Shown in pieces: positions 26,085-37,874 of a stretch of DNA of 64,000 nt. The notes below the pieces were generated by a model. It saw nothing but the letters and a program-made list of their open reading frames with translations, was not told the origin of the DNA and did not search any database. The stretch is from Callorhinchus milii (Eukaryota). The position numbers and the translations under genes were made by a program. Within the stretch, counting starts at the first letter, position 1; the number at the start of each line of letters is the position of its first letter. The stretch covers positions 138,634,001 through 138,698,000 of the forward strand of contig NW_024704742.1 in the NCBI RefSeq assembly GCF_018977255.1, read 5' to 3'.

Positions 26085-26420
26085 GTTTGTGGGTTCAAGC
26101 TCCACGTCGGGAGGTCTCTGAGCTCACAGTCCAGGCTGACGCTCCAACTCAGCGCTGGAGGGAGAGAGAGAGCGAGAGGGAGAGAGAGACGGGGAGTGAG
26201 GTTTAATGTCTCACCAATTGTGCTTCTGGTGAGACATTAAACCTCACTCCCTGTCTGCTCCCTGTTCAGGTGGACGTTAAAGACCTGTGGGGCTGTCGGG
26301 AAAAGAGAAGGGGGTCTCACCCTCTCTCTCTCCCGTTGTCCTGGCCAACAATCCGCCAGGTTAATTGCCTGTTCACCTTATGCTTGTGTGTTGGGACTCG
26401 CGCTATGCAAAATGCCTGCC
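26085..26420 (+). mobile_element. Old SINE with a Deu-domain-like core (other copies near 1100-1265, 5600-5760, 16440-16570, 28060-28240, and 62650-62800 on the minus strand)
   Basis: Recurrent core gagacattaaacctcactcc..ctgttcaggtggacgttaaaga...aagagaagggg...tgtcctggccaa resembles the DeuSINE central domain as I recall it. Confidence 0.55.
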
Positions 26421-27390
26421 ATGTTTGTCCACAAACACTTGCCCTGTGTGAGTGTGTGACTGTGTGTGTGTGTGTGTGTGTGAGGGGGGAGGGTGTCAGT
26501 GTGTGACTGTGTGGGGGGGGGAGGGTCTGTGTGTGGAGGTATTGGGGGGGCAGTATGTGTATGCGCGCGTGTGTGTCAGTGTGTGTATGTGGGGGTTCAG
26601 TATGTGCATGTGTGGGGGGGGGGCAGTGTGTGTGTGTGGGGGAGGTTAGTGTGTGGGAGGGGGGTCAGAGCGTGTGGGGGGGGGTCTGTGTGTGTGTTGG
26701 GGGAATGTCAGTGTGTTTGTGGGGGTCAGTATGTGTGTGTGTGGGTGGGGCAGTGTGGTGGGGGGCAGTGGGGGATGGGTCGGTGTGGGGGATTTTAGTG
26801 GGGGTCAGTGAGGGGGGCAGTGTGGGTGCGGAAGTGGACGGGGGGGTTAGTGTTTAAATTTATTTTCAAAAGTGGCCTACAATTCAACCCAGACTAAGCC
26901 CCGAGTGAGCGCTGTCTGTGCTGGTTTAAGTGTTCACAGCTGGTGTGTTACTGAGATGTGTCCTTGTTTAAAAGGCCCTCCTCCCTCCGCCTTTCCCCCT
27001 CCTCTCCCTCTCCTCCTTCTCCCCCCCCCCCCCACACACATATATCAGAGGATGATTTACAGCCAGCTTCCCCGCTCAGTGTCTGACAGTCTCTCTGTTG
27101 GGTCAAAGTCTTGTGTGCTGCTAGGTAACATGCGGGTGCCAGGTCTGGTCCAACAGGCCGTGTGATAGCAATGATCGCAGGTTGTAACCTCTGGCTTCAG
27201 ATATGTTGTTCATGTAACGTCACGGACTGACACACAGGGGGTCATATCTGTATGAGGAGCAGTTGAGCCAAACCAGGCTGTCTGCACTGGAGACTGAGAG
27301 GGGCTTGCACCTCAATACCTCCTCGTGCACTGTGGCCTCACACACACACTTACACCACACACACACACACTTACAAACACACACACTCAT

Positions 27391-27712
27391 ATAATAATAA
27401 TCCTTGCATTTGATATAGCGCTTTTCACGTCTTCTCGACGTCCCAAAGCACTTCACAGAATATACTGTAAAGTGAATTGACAGTATATTTGTGGGCGAAC
27501 GCGGCAGCCAATTGCGCACAGCAGCGTCCCCACAAACAGTCGTGGATTGAAAATGACCAATTTATTGTTGTTTTGGGTTTTGGAGGGATTATTATTAGGG
27601 CTCTGTGTGGAGTAAGGAAACTTGCCCAAGGTTTCACCCTGACCTGCCGGGGATTAAACTCAGGTCTCTCACTTGCAAAGCGAGTACTCTAACCACTGAG
27701 CTACAGGACTCC
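27391..27712 (-). mobile_element. tRNA-headed SINE, full length
   Basis: Reverse complement begins ggagtcctgtagctcagtggttagag (A box) and ends caaatgcaaggattattat. Confidence 0.9.
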
Positions 27713-28976
27713 ACTCATATATATATACACTCACTCACACTTACGCACACACTCACCCTCACACACACCATCACACACACAGACCCCCCACACACAGACA
27801 CACAGCATGTCCAGTGTAGGGTTGGCTGTGTTCAGGACTGACATGGTAACAGTAAGGAACCAAGCAGTGAAACCTCCCCACTGAGCGCATGGCTGGCAGT
27901 CAGTCCTGGAATGGGTGGGTGTCTGCTGTGTGCTGTTTACCTTGTACACATGTTAGTGAGCGGCAGCAGAGAGAACTGAGCACCATCTGAACTTTGCCCT
28001 TTCAGTACTGGCTCAGATAGCTATTGCCCTGAACACTCTCTCAGTCACTCACTCTCTCGCCCTGAGTCAGGAGGTGGGGGGGGTTTGAGTGCGTGTCAAC
28101 ACTCTGAGCTCAGTCTCCGTGTGTTGGGACAACAGTCCAGCCTTCACATGAAACCTGAAACTCAGATCCCAGCTCAGGTGGCTGTTACAGATCCAATGAC
28201 ACTTTTCCCATGGAAAAGAGAAGGGAGTTTCTCTCCGAGCTGACAATTGTGCAGTCCGGTAACTCAGTGGTTAGACCACTCGTCTCGCAAGAGAGAGGAC
28301 CTGGGTTTGATTCCTGGGCAGGGTGAAACATTGGGCAAGTTTCCTTACTTTACCAGCAGTAAGTAGGAACCTGGTTGGTAGTCGATTGGCAGATCGCTTT
28401 TCTGGGGTAATAATTCCTTCCAAATAAATAATAATAATGTAGTCACTTCAATCCATGACTGTTTGTGGCACATTGCTGGGCGCAATTGGCTGCCACATTT
28501 CATCCACAAAACACACAGTCACTACACTTTACAGTATATTCTGTGAAGCGCTTTGAGACGTCTCAAAGCCGTGATAAGGTGCTGTATCAAATGCAACTAT
28601 TATTATTATATTATTGTTGTTGTATTCACTGAGATTCTCGGGAGTGATGACAGACAGTAATGTATTCACTGAGTGAATACACTTTTGGCGTAGTGGCTGA
28701 AAGTGCGGCTGCTGATGGTGAAACGGAGGGGATGAGGGACAAACAGGAGGCCGGAGCCAGCCGAGCGGAGGCAGTGGGTAGAGGAGTGAGGGGTGAGTAG
28801 GTCAGAGATATGGGGAGGTGCCAAGGTGTGAAGGGATTTGTAGATGAGTGTGATCGTGAAAGCAGTGTCTTGTGATTGTGATTATTGGCTTGTAAGTACA
28901 ATACAGCAGGGAGGGGGGTGAGTGTGGGAGCCAGTGCTGGCGCTGGGTGACCTGTCTTCTCTGTGTCTCCTCTCAG

Positions 28977-29106
28977 CTCCCTGGGAGAGGCCGAGGATCA
29001 CTGAGTGCCGCTCTCCCGAGCAGGAGACCTTTACGTGCCGATGGAGTGCAGGGAACTACCCTAACCTGACGGGACCTGGCAGCCTCACGTTTTTTTACTC
29101 TAAAGG
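28977..29106 (+). CDS. GHR: GHR distal module A, exon-4 equivalent (start of FN3 D1)
   Basis: Acceptor tctcag|, peptide PWERPRITECRSPEQETFTCRWSAGNYPNLTGPGSLTFFYSKG, donor |gtgagt. CRSPExETFxCxW motif. 130 nt, phase 1 to 2. Confidence 0.85.
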
Positions 29107-30298
29107 GTGAGTGATGGAGCCGTGATCTCCAGCCTTGGGGGCTTGATGTGTCTTCATTCAGCCTGAGACAAGCTGGCTCAGGCAAGCCTGAGACACACAC
29201 AGGGAGAGAGACTGAAAAACAGGGCCATTTACACACAACCACATGGACCTTCTCCTGCCCTGCACCCTCTCCCCTTCCCTCCTCACCGCTTCCCTCACCT
29301 CCTCTCCTCCTCACCTTTTCTCTCACTTCCTCCTGCTGCCTCCACTCGACTAGCTCTGGCCTTCTGCATGTCCCTCGTGCCTTCCGTTTCGTGCCTTGGG
29401 ATGTCCTTTGATGTGAAGGGCGCGATACAAATGTAAATTGTTGTTGTTCCATCTTTGGTGGTCGCACTTTCAGCCCCGAAACTCTGGATCTCTCTTCTAT
29501 CCCTCTGCCTTGCCCCTTCCCTCCACATCTTCAGGTCGTTCCTGAAGACATTCCTCTTCGACCGTGCCTACGGTCACCTCCACCCGGCTCGGTGTCGTAC
29601 TCCATCACTGTCAAGCTCTCTGGGATGCTAACTTGCGAGAGGGGCGCTGTGTAAATACAAATTGTTGTTGTTATCTCCCTCCCTCCCCCCACCCCAACGT
29701 TGGGCAAGTTTCCTTACTCCACACGCCTCTGTTTACCCAGCAGTAAGTAAGAACCCGGTTGTTAGTAGATTGGCGATCGCTTTTAAGGGAATAATAATCC
29801 CTTCAAAGAAAAGAAATGTGGTCACTCAATCCACGACTGCTTGTGGGTCACTGATTAGCGAGGTTGGCTGCCGTGTTTCGCTGCAAAACGCACAGACACC
29901 ACACTTTACAGTATACTCTGTGAAGCGCTTTGATGACGTGATCAGGTGCTGTATCAAATGCAAGGATTATTGTTATTATTATTGTTATAATTATTATTGT
30001 TATTATGATAATGATCCTGGGCCTGGAAAAGCAGGACTTTATGTTAAGAGGAAGCTCAGACCCGCTCAGGACACAGTCACAAACACTGGACACCGTGGAG
30101 ACGTGAGGGACCTTCACTCTTAGGACTTTCCGAGTCCAGAAACTCTGGACAGACAAACATCGGGGAGAAAGCTACTCCGCAGCCCGGCACGTTCTCAGGC
30201 AGCTTCGTGATCAGTCCCAGTCACACCCCCTCCCCAGGTCCAGGTCAGCACAAGCCACATACTACTCTGAGCTGTTTCTTCTTCCCCTACATCTCCAG

Positions 30299-30456
30299 GG
30301 TAGACCAGGAGTGGAGCGAGTGCCCTCATTACCTGGACGCAGGGATCGGCTGCCACCTGAACCAGAGCTACACCTCGGGGTCTGGTGTCCAGTGTGTGCA
30401 ACTGAGAGCACACAACAGTACACTGGAGCAGCAGTGCTTCACCATCCAGGACATCG
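30299..30456 (+). CDS. GHR: GHR module A, exon-5 equivalent
   Basis: Acceptor ctccag|, peptide VDQEWSECPHYLDAGIGCHLNQSYTSGSGVQCVQLRAHNSTLEQQCFTIQDI, donor g|gtaaat. 158 nt, phase 2 to 1, 4 conserved Cys. Confidence 0.85.
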
Positions 30457-30999
30457 GTAAATACGCCACTGAGTGTCCACAACAGGCAACCATCTGCTGC
30501 GCTCCTCAGCCAACGCTCAGCCAACACTCTGGCTGACACATTCACTTGTCAAGTCTGTAGCTCAGTGGTTAGAGCTCTCACCTTGCAAACGAGAAGACCC
30601 GGGTTCGATTCCCAGGCAGGACAAAACCTTAGGCAAATCTCTCTCTCTCTGTATCATGCTGTCTCTCTCTGCCTCTCTCTGTATCTCTCTCTGTACCCTG
30701 CTCTCTCTGTCTCTCTGTACCCTGCTCTCTCTGTCTCTCTGTACCATGCTCTCTCTCTGTACCCTGTTCTCTGTCTCTCTGTACCCTGTTCTCTCTGTCT
30801 CTGTGCCCTGTTCTCTCTGTCTCTCTGTACCATGCTCTCTCTCTGTACCGTTCTCTCTGTCTCTCTGTGCCCTGTTCTCTCTGTACCATGCTCTCTCTCT
30901 ATACCGTTCTCTCTGTCCCCTGTTCTCTCTGTCTCTCTGTACCATGCTCACTGTGTCCCTCTGTTGTCTGTCCCTCTCCTCACTCTCTGGTTTTGGCAG

Positions 31000-31178
31000 T
31001 GAGGCCGGATGCCCCTGTGGGCCTGACCTGGGCTCTGCTCCACATCACCCAGACGGGCCGCTTGATGAACGTGGAGCTGTGGTGGGAGCCTGGTGGCAGC
31101 GGAGAAGCCAGCTCAGCCCGCAGCCCTTGCTACTACCAGCTCCAGTATAAACACTGGGAGGCTGAGCAATGGCAAATG
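31000..31178 (+). CDS. GHR: GHR module A, exon-6 equivalent (start of FN3 D2)
   Basis: Acceptor ggcag|, peptide VRPDAPVGLTWALLHITQTGRLMNVELWWEP...YYQLQYKHWEAEQWQM, donor |gtacgt. 179 nt, phase 1 to 0. Confidence 0.85.
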
Positions 31179-31611
31179 GTACGTCTCAGTGAATGTTACC
31201 CTGGTGTCACACGCCCAGCCAATCTGCTGTGCCGGAGGCGGGGGAGGGGGATAGGTCATTTGTGTGGACTGATGATAATGTGTGGCGTCCTGTACAATAT
31301 TAGAATATTGGTTAGAGCCCTCACCTCACAAACGAGAAGATCTGGGTTTGATTCCTGGGCAGGGAGAAACCTGAGGCAAGTTTCCTTACTCCACACACTT
31401 CTGTTTACCAGCAGTCATTAGAAACCCGGTTGGTAGTCGATTGGTGGATCACTTTTCTGAGAGTAAATAATCCCTGTAAAATAAATAAATAATTTGGTCA
31501 GTCAGTCCACAACTGTTTGTGGTCTCAACAACGTGATATAGCGCTGTATCAACTGCAAGGATTATTATTACGAGTGTTCAGCAGTGAGCTGGGGTACTGA
31601 GGCCCATCGTG

Positions 31612-32468
31612 CCAGGCTGAGTGTCTGGAGGCTGAGTGTCTGGAGGCTGAGTGTCTGGAGGCTGCAGTGTCTGGAGGCTGCAGTGTCTGGAGGTCGCAGT
31701 GTCTGGAGGCTGAGTGTCCGAAGGCCGCAGTGTCTGGAGGCTGAGTGTCCGAAGGCCGCAGTGTCTGGAGGCTGAGTGTCCGAAGGTCGCAGTGTCTGGA
31801 GGCTGCAGTGTCCGAAGGCCGCAGTGTCCGGAGGTTGCAGTGTCTGGAGGCTGAGTGTCTGGAGGCTGCAGTGTCTGGAGGTCGCAGTGTCTGGAGGTCG
31901 CAGTGTCTGGAGGCTGAGTGTCCAGAGGTTGCAGTGTCCGGAGGCCGCAGTGTCCGGAGGCCGCAGTGTCCGGAGGTCGCAGTGTCTGGAGGCTGAGTGT
32001 CTGGAGGCCGCAGTGTTTGGAGGCCGCAGTGTCTGGAGGCCGCAGTGTCTGGAGGCCGCAGTGTCTGGAGGCTGCAGTGTCTGGAGGCCGCAGTGTCCGA
32101 AGGCTGCAGTGTCCGAAGGCTGCAGTGTCCGAAGGCTGCAGTGTCTGGAGGTCGCAGTGTCTGGAGGTCGCAGTGTCTGGAGGCTGCAGTGTCCGGAGGT
32201 CGCAGTGTCCGGAGGCTGAGTGTCTGGAGGCCGCAGTGTTTGGAGGCCGCAGTGTCTGGAGGCCGCAGTGTCTGGAGGCCGCAGTGTCTGGAGGCCGCAG
32301 TGTCTGGAGGCCGCAGTGTCTGGAGGCCGCAGTGTCTGGAGGCCGCAGTGTCTGGAGGCCGCAGTGTCTGGAGGCCGCAGTGTCTGGAGGCCGCAGTGTC
32401 TGGAGGTCGCAGTGTCTGGAGGCTGCAGTGTCTGGAGGCTGCAGTGTCTGGAGGATGCAGTGTCTGGG
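31612..32468. repeat. 15/16-bp minisatellite (ggaggccgcagtgtct)
   Basis: Tandem units visible. Source of the 328 aa and 332 aa spurious ORFs. Confidence 0.95.
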
Positions 32469-33580
32469 GGTAGTGTAGTGTATCCTGTAGTGGAGTGGTT
32501 AGAGCACTCGCAAGATTCAAGCCCAAGCAGGGCAAAAAGTTGGGTCAGTTTTCTTACTTCACACACCTCTGCTTTCCGGGGGTAATAATCCCTTCAAAAA
32601 AAATCCACAACTGCCGCGTCTCACCCACAAAAATATACAATCAATTCACTTTACAGTATATTCTGTGAAGCGCTTAGAGATGTCTCGAAGATGTGATAAA
32701 GCGCTATATCAAATGCAAGGATTATTATTATTATAATAAGAATGGAGCAGACTGGGAAAAATGTGAGAAATTCCCACCAGAGGATAGGATTAACCTTTGG
32801 CTCTTTGATCTCATTCTCCCAGAATGTGCGGTCTCCTGTGCTCTCACACAGCACTCAGCTGTTTCTTACACGAATGGTTAATTCCGCACCCTGTGTAAGA
32901 ACATAGCTGCTGGTACCTGTCTTTAAGTTATATTTCCCGCCAATGACCCTGTGTCCTCTAGCTGACCGCCTGTATCTGAGAGGATTTCTTGTCATTTATT
33001 TAAAGGTCAATATTGAGCCGAAATAGCGGGGTGTTCCTGCCACTTTATAAATCACTGATGCGACCGAACTGTGAATACAGTGTACAGTTCCAGTCACCGC
33101 AATATAAAAAGGATATTGCAGTGATTGAGAGGATAGAGGTGGGCAACCAAAATATAATAACAACAATAATCTTGGTATTTGATATAGCGCCTTTTCAGGT
33201 CTTCGAGACGTCTTAAAGCACTTCACAGGACATACTATAAAGTGAATTGACTGTATAATTTGTGGGCGAAATGATTGAGGGGATGGAGGGACTGGGCTAC
33301 AAGGAGCGATTAGGTAAACTGGGCATGTTCACACTGGAGAAGAGAAGGTTGAGGGGAAATATGATCATGGTCTTAAAGCTTCTGAAAGATATAGATGATG
33401 TAGACCATGATAAGCAAGGGAGACGGTGGAAGCAGAAAGTGTCATTTGTTTCAAGAACAAATTAGATAGATTCTGTTAAAAAATAAACTATACAATATGT
33501 TTGGTGCCTAGCAAATTCTTATGTTTTTATTTACTCTCACTATTGTCCTTGCCTTTTGCTGAATTCTCATAATTTTACAG

Positions 33581-33743
33581 ATCGAATCGTTGCTGATCCA
33601 ACACCCTCCACAACCGATCCACCAGCTTGCCACAGGGGAACACTATGAGGTGCGGCTGCGATGCAGGTATCTCAATGTGGGTAACTTCAGTGATTTCAGC
33701 AAGACCATCGATGTCTTCCTGCCCATCCCACAGTCAATAGAAG
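33581..33743 (+). CDS. GHR: GHR module A, exon-7 equivalent
   Basis: Acceptor ttacag|, peptide IESLLIQHPPQPIHQLATGEHYEVRLRCRYLNVGNFSDFSKTIDVFLPIPQSIE, donor g|gtgaga. YEVR motif and FSDFS (WSXWS equivalent). 163 nt, phase 0 to 1. Confidence 0.85.
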
Positions 33744-33759
33744 GTGAGAGAGCACATCA

Positions 33760-34215
33760 AGGACTTCAAGGGTTAAATTTTGAGAACAGGTTGCATAAAC
33801 TCGGTCTGTATTCCCTTGAGTTTAGAAGGTTGAGGGGTGATCTGATTGAGGTGTTTACCATGATAAAGGGATTCGATAGGCAGCAACAGAGAAACTAATG
33901 CCTCTGGTGGAGAATCCAGAACAAGGGGTATCATCTTAAAATTAGAGCTGGGCCATTTAGCAGTGAAATCAGAGGCAGTTTTTCACCCAAAGGCCAATGG
34001 GAATCAGGAACTCTCTCTCTCTCTTCCCCAAAATGCTGGATCCATTCACATTTTTAAGACTGATGTGGATAGATGTTTGTTAGGTCAGGGAATCAATCAA
34101 AGGATATGGGGCAAAGTCAGGTAATTGGAGTTGAGGTACAGATCAGCCATGATCTTATAAAATGGCAGAACAGGCGCGAGGGGCTGAATGGCCTCATTCT
34201 GTTTCTATGTTTCCA
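33760..34215 (+). mobile_element. CR1 LINE 3' fragment
   Basis: [31 protein letters not shown], ending in a tctatgtt tail. Confidence 0.8.
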
Positions 34216-35294
34216 AGGTGTAAGTGAAAGCTTGTGCTGAATACTCCAATCGATTTCCACAAATATATATAAAGAATGTTGTTTCCACACTTCAATATCT
34301 AAAAGTGCACTATGAATGCACAGTGTGATAGGATACAGTGCCGGTCAGATACAATAGGGCAGAGAGCAGGCAATGGGGTTAGAGCAGAGAGCTTCAGTGG
34401 GGGAGCGAGCACCAGCACAGACACGATGGGGCGAGAGAGAGAGAGAGAGAGCAGGGAATGGGGTTAGAGTAGAGAGATCCAGTGGGGGAGCGAGCCCCAG
34501 CACAGACACGATGGGGCGAGAGAGAGGGAGCAGGGAATGGGGTTAGAGAGCTCCAGGGGGGATATGTGTTGAATGACCTCCATCTATTCTGTATTTAAGA
34601 GCCTCAGATGCTAGCCCATGTGAAGATGCTGCATAAATGCAGTTGTTGTATTATCTAAGATTCTTTGGAGTGGTGACAAATAATATAATAATAATTCTGG
34701 CATTTGCTATAGCTATCGAGATATTGCAAAGCACTTTACGGGATATACTGTAAAGTGTAGTGAATGTATATTTTATGGGCAAAACAGGCAATGGTGCACT
34801 CACAAAAAGCAACAACAAAAACTTGCATTTATATAGCGTCCTTCACACAGGGTAGAGTCCCAAAACACTTAACGGTGGTGGAGTCTGACGGCGAGCTGGG
34901 GAGGTGACCCTAAGCACAGTTGATGTGGAAGGTCTTTAGTCGTGATCTAAAAAAGGGGAAGGAGGGGCAGGATGGAGGGATTCAGGGAGAGAGTTCCAGA
35001 GTTTTGGGGCGTAGTGGCCGAAAGTGCGGCTGCTGATGGTGAAACGGAGGGGATGAGGGACAAACGAAGCCGGAGCCAGCCGAGCGGAGGCAGTGGGTAG
35101 AGGAGTGAGGGGTGAGTAGGTCAGAGATGTGGGGAGGTGCCAAGGTGTGAAGGGATTTGTAGATGAGTGTGATCGTGAAAGCAGTGTCTTGTGATTGTGA
35201 TTATTGGCTTGTAAGTACAATACAGCAGGGAGGGGGTGAGTGTGGGAGCCAGTGCTGGCGCTGGGTGACCTGTCTTCTCTGTGTCTCCTCTCAG

Positions 35295-35424
35295 CTCCCT
35301 GGGAGAGGCCGAGGATCACTGAGTGCCGCTCTCCCGAGCAGGAGACCTTTACGTGCCGATGGAGTGCAGGGAACTACCCTAACCTGACGGGACCTGGCAG
35401 CCTCAAGTTTTTTTACTCTAAAGG
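35295..35424 (+). CDS. GHR: GHR proximal module B, exon-4 equivalent
   Basis: Same as 28977-29106 except acg to aag (T to K). 130 nt, phase 1 to 2. Confidence 0.92.
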
Positions 35425-36967
35425 GTGAGTGATGGGGCCGTGATCTCCAGCCTTGGGGGCTTGATGTGTCTTCATTCAGCCTGAGACAAGCTGGCTCAGG
35501 CAAGCTTGAGACACAACAAGGTCATACACTTATCATCAGAACCTGAGAAATATGATAATTGTTTTTAAGAGTCAAAACACGTCTGAGTATGGTGACTACT
35601 CTTAGTCATACTCTACATCTGTGCTGTGGTTCACTCGGCTTTCCCTCTCTGCCACAACATGGAGTCCTGTAGCTCAGTGGTTAGAGCCCTCGCCTCACAA
35701 GTGAGAGACTTGGGTTCAATTCCCAGGCAGGGCGCAACCGTAGGCAAATTTCCTTACTCCACACACCCTTGTTTACCAGCAGTAAGTAGTCAATTGGCGG
35801 ATTGCTGTTCCGGGGATAATATCCCTTCTAAAAAAAAATTAGGATTGTTTGTGGGACGCTGCTGTGTGCAATTGTGTTTCACCTACAAAATATCCAGTCA
35901 ATTCACTTTTGTATATCCTGTGAAGCGCTTTGAGACGTTTCGAAGATATGATAAGGCGCTGTATCAAATGCAAGGATTATTATTATTATTAACATTGCGT
36001 CCGCCACAAGCTCACCTCCCGGTAACTGAGGCCCTCACCCATGCCTTGATTGTGCCAACACTGCTCTTCCCTTCACAAGCTGCAGACAATCCAGAACTCT
36101 GCAGACCATGTCCTCTCCCCCACCTGGCTTAATGAACCTATCACCCCCATAACTCTCTTTACCTGGAGCAGGTAGCGTCTCAGAGCGCTTAGATACAGAA
36201 CAACCTGAGGTTGTTCTTGGTCTCCAGGATGATCTGACAATGGAATCCTGTAGTGTAGTCGTTAGAGCACTCACCTCGCAAGATTCGAGCCCAGGCAGGG
36301 CGAAATGTTGGGCAAGTTTCCTTATTTCACACACCTCTGTTTTCCGGGGGTAATAATCCCTTCACAAAATATTGGTCACTCAATCCACGACTGTTTGTGG
36401 GACACTGCTGTGTGCAATTGACTGCTTCGTTTCGCCCACAAAATACAGTCAATTCACTTTACAGTATATTCTGTGAAGCGCTTTGAGACGTCTCAACGAC
36501 ATGATGAGGCGCTATATCAAATGCAAGGATTATTAGTATTATATACCTCTTTGACAAGACTTATAGCCATCTTCCGAGTTGTGCCTTGCTCAGCACCGAG
36601 CCCAGTATTTGTGAGGTGTTGTGAACAGTTATCCTAAGTGAAGGGCACCACTCCATAACTGTAAGGTGTTGTCAGGTCGCGGGCGCTGTTCACAGAGGGC
36701 TGTCACCATGTCAGGATAACCTCTGGAACACCCTCTCTCTGTCCCTCCACCTTGCCCCTTGCTTCCCCATCTTCAGGTCGCACCTAAAGAACTTTCTCTT
36801 CACCCGTGCCTAAGTCACCTCCCCCCGGCTCGGAGTTGTGCTCCGCCACCGTCAAGCGCTCTGGGACACTACCCTGCATGAGGGGCGCTGTATAAATTTA
36901 AGTTGTTGTAAAATGTGCTCTAATCGGGGTTAGAATCACACACTTACTGACTGAGACATCTGTTTAG

Positions 36968-37137
36968 AATGAATGCTGGTTGGAAGGAGTGTCCTCAGTA
37001 CGTGAGCGGAGAGAGTGGCTGCTACTTTAACCAGAGCTACACCTCTATTTGGGTGCCTTACTGTGTGCAGCTCAAGTCAGACATTCAGCAGCAGAACATC
37101 ACCTTCGACAGAAGATGCTTCTCCATCGACAACATTG
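36968..37137 (+). CDS. GHR: GHR module B, exon-5 equivalent
   Basis: Acceptor tttag|, peptide [37 protein letters not shown]...[11 protein letters not shown], donor g|gtaaaa. Canonical TSIWxPYC. 170 nt, phase 2 to 1. Confidence 0.95.
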
Positions 37138-37695
37138 GTAAAAACAACCAGTTTCCATACTCCCAGTGTCAATGTCCACACTTCCAGTGTCCACACTCCC
37201 AGAGTCCACACTCCCAGTGTCCACACTCCCAATGTCAGTGTTCACACTCCCAGTGTCCACACTCCTAGTGTCAGTGTTCACAACTCCAGTGTCAGTGTCC
37301 ACACCCCCAGTGCCATGGTCTACACCCGCAATGCCATGTTCCACACCGCCAGTGCCAGTGTCCACACTCCCAGTGTCAGTGTTCATACTCCCAGTGTCCA
37401 CACCCCCAGTGCCAGTGTCCCACCCCTAGTGCCAGTGTCTACACCCCCAGTGTCAGTGTCTACACTCCTGGTCACTGTCCCGGGGTAATAATCCCTTGAA
37501 AATAATAATTTGGTCATTCAATCTATGACTGCTTGTGGGACCACTGTGCACAATTGGCTACCGTGTTCTTTTTGCGTATATTCTGTGAAGCGCTTTGAGA
37601 TGTCTCAACAACATGGTAAGGTGCTATATCAAAGGCAAGGATTAGTGTCCGCACTCCTGGTGTGTACCCACACTGCATTTTCCCATTTTTCTCAG

Positions 37696-37874
37696 TGAAA
37701 CCGGATCCGCCGATCGCTTTGAACTGGACACTACTGAACATCAGCCAGTCGGGGCTGCTTGCAGACATCCAGCTGTTCTGGCAGCCTCCGCCCACGGCAG
37801 ACATCAGGAATGGGTGGATCTCCCTGCAGTATGAAATCCAGTACAAACTCAGAGAGAGCCTTCACTGGGAGTCC
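37696..37874 (+). CDS. GHR: GHR module B, exon-6 equivalent
   Basis: Acceptor ctcag|, peptide VKPDPPIALNWTLLNISQSGLLADIQLFWQPPPTADIRNGWISLQYEIQYKLRESLHWES, donor |gtaagt. 179 nt, phase 1 to 0. Confidence 0.95.

Noticed and set aside
31549..32585. 328 aa and 332 aa repetitive ORFs
   Set aside because: Translations of a 15/16-bp minisatellite inside a GHR intron.
32738..32830. WEKCEKF peptide as a third exon-5-like remnant
   Set aside because: Only a W..C match, with no acceptor and no conserved downstream Cys pattern.
33744..33898. Soluble GH-binding-protein tail by read-through of exon A7
   Set aside because: The extension is CR1 ORF2 remnant and there is no transcript evidence in the sequence.
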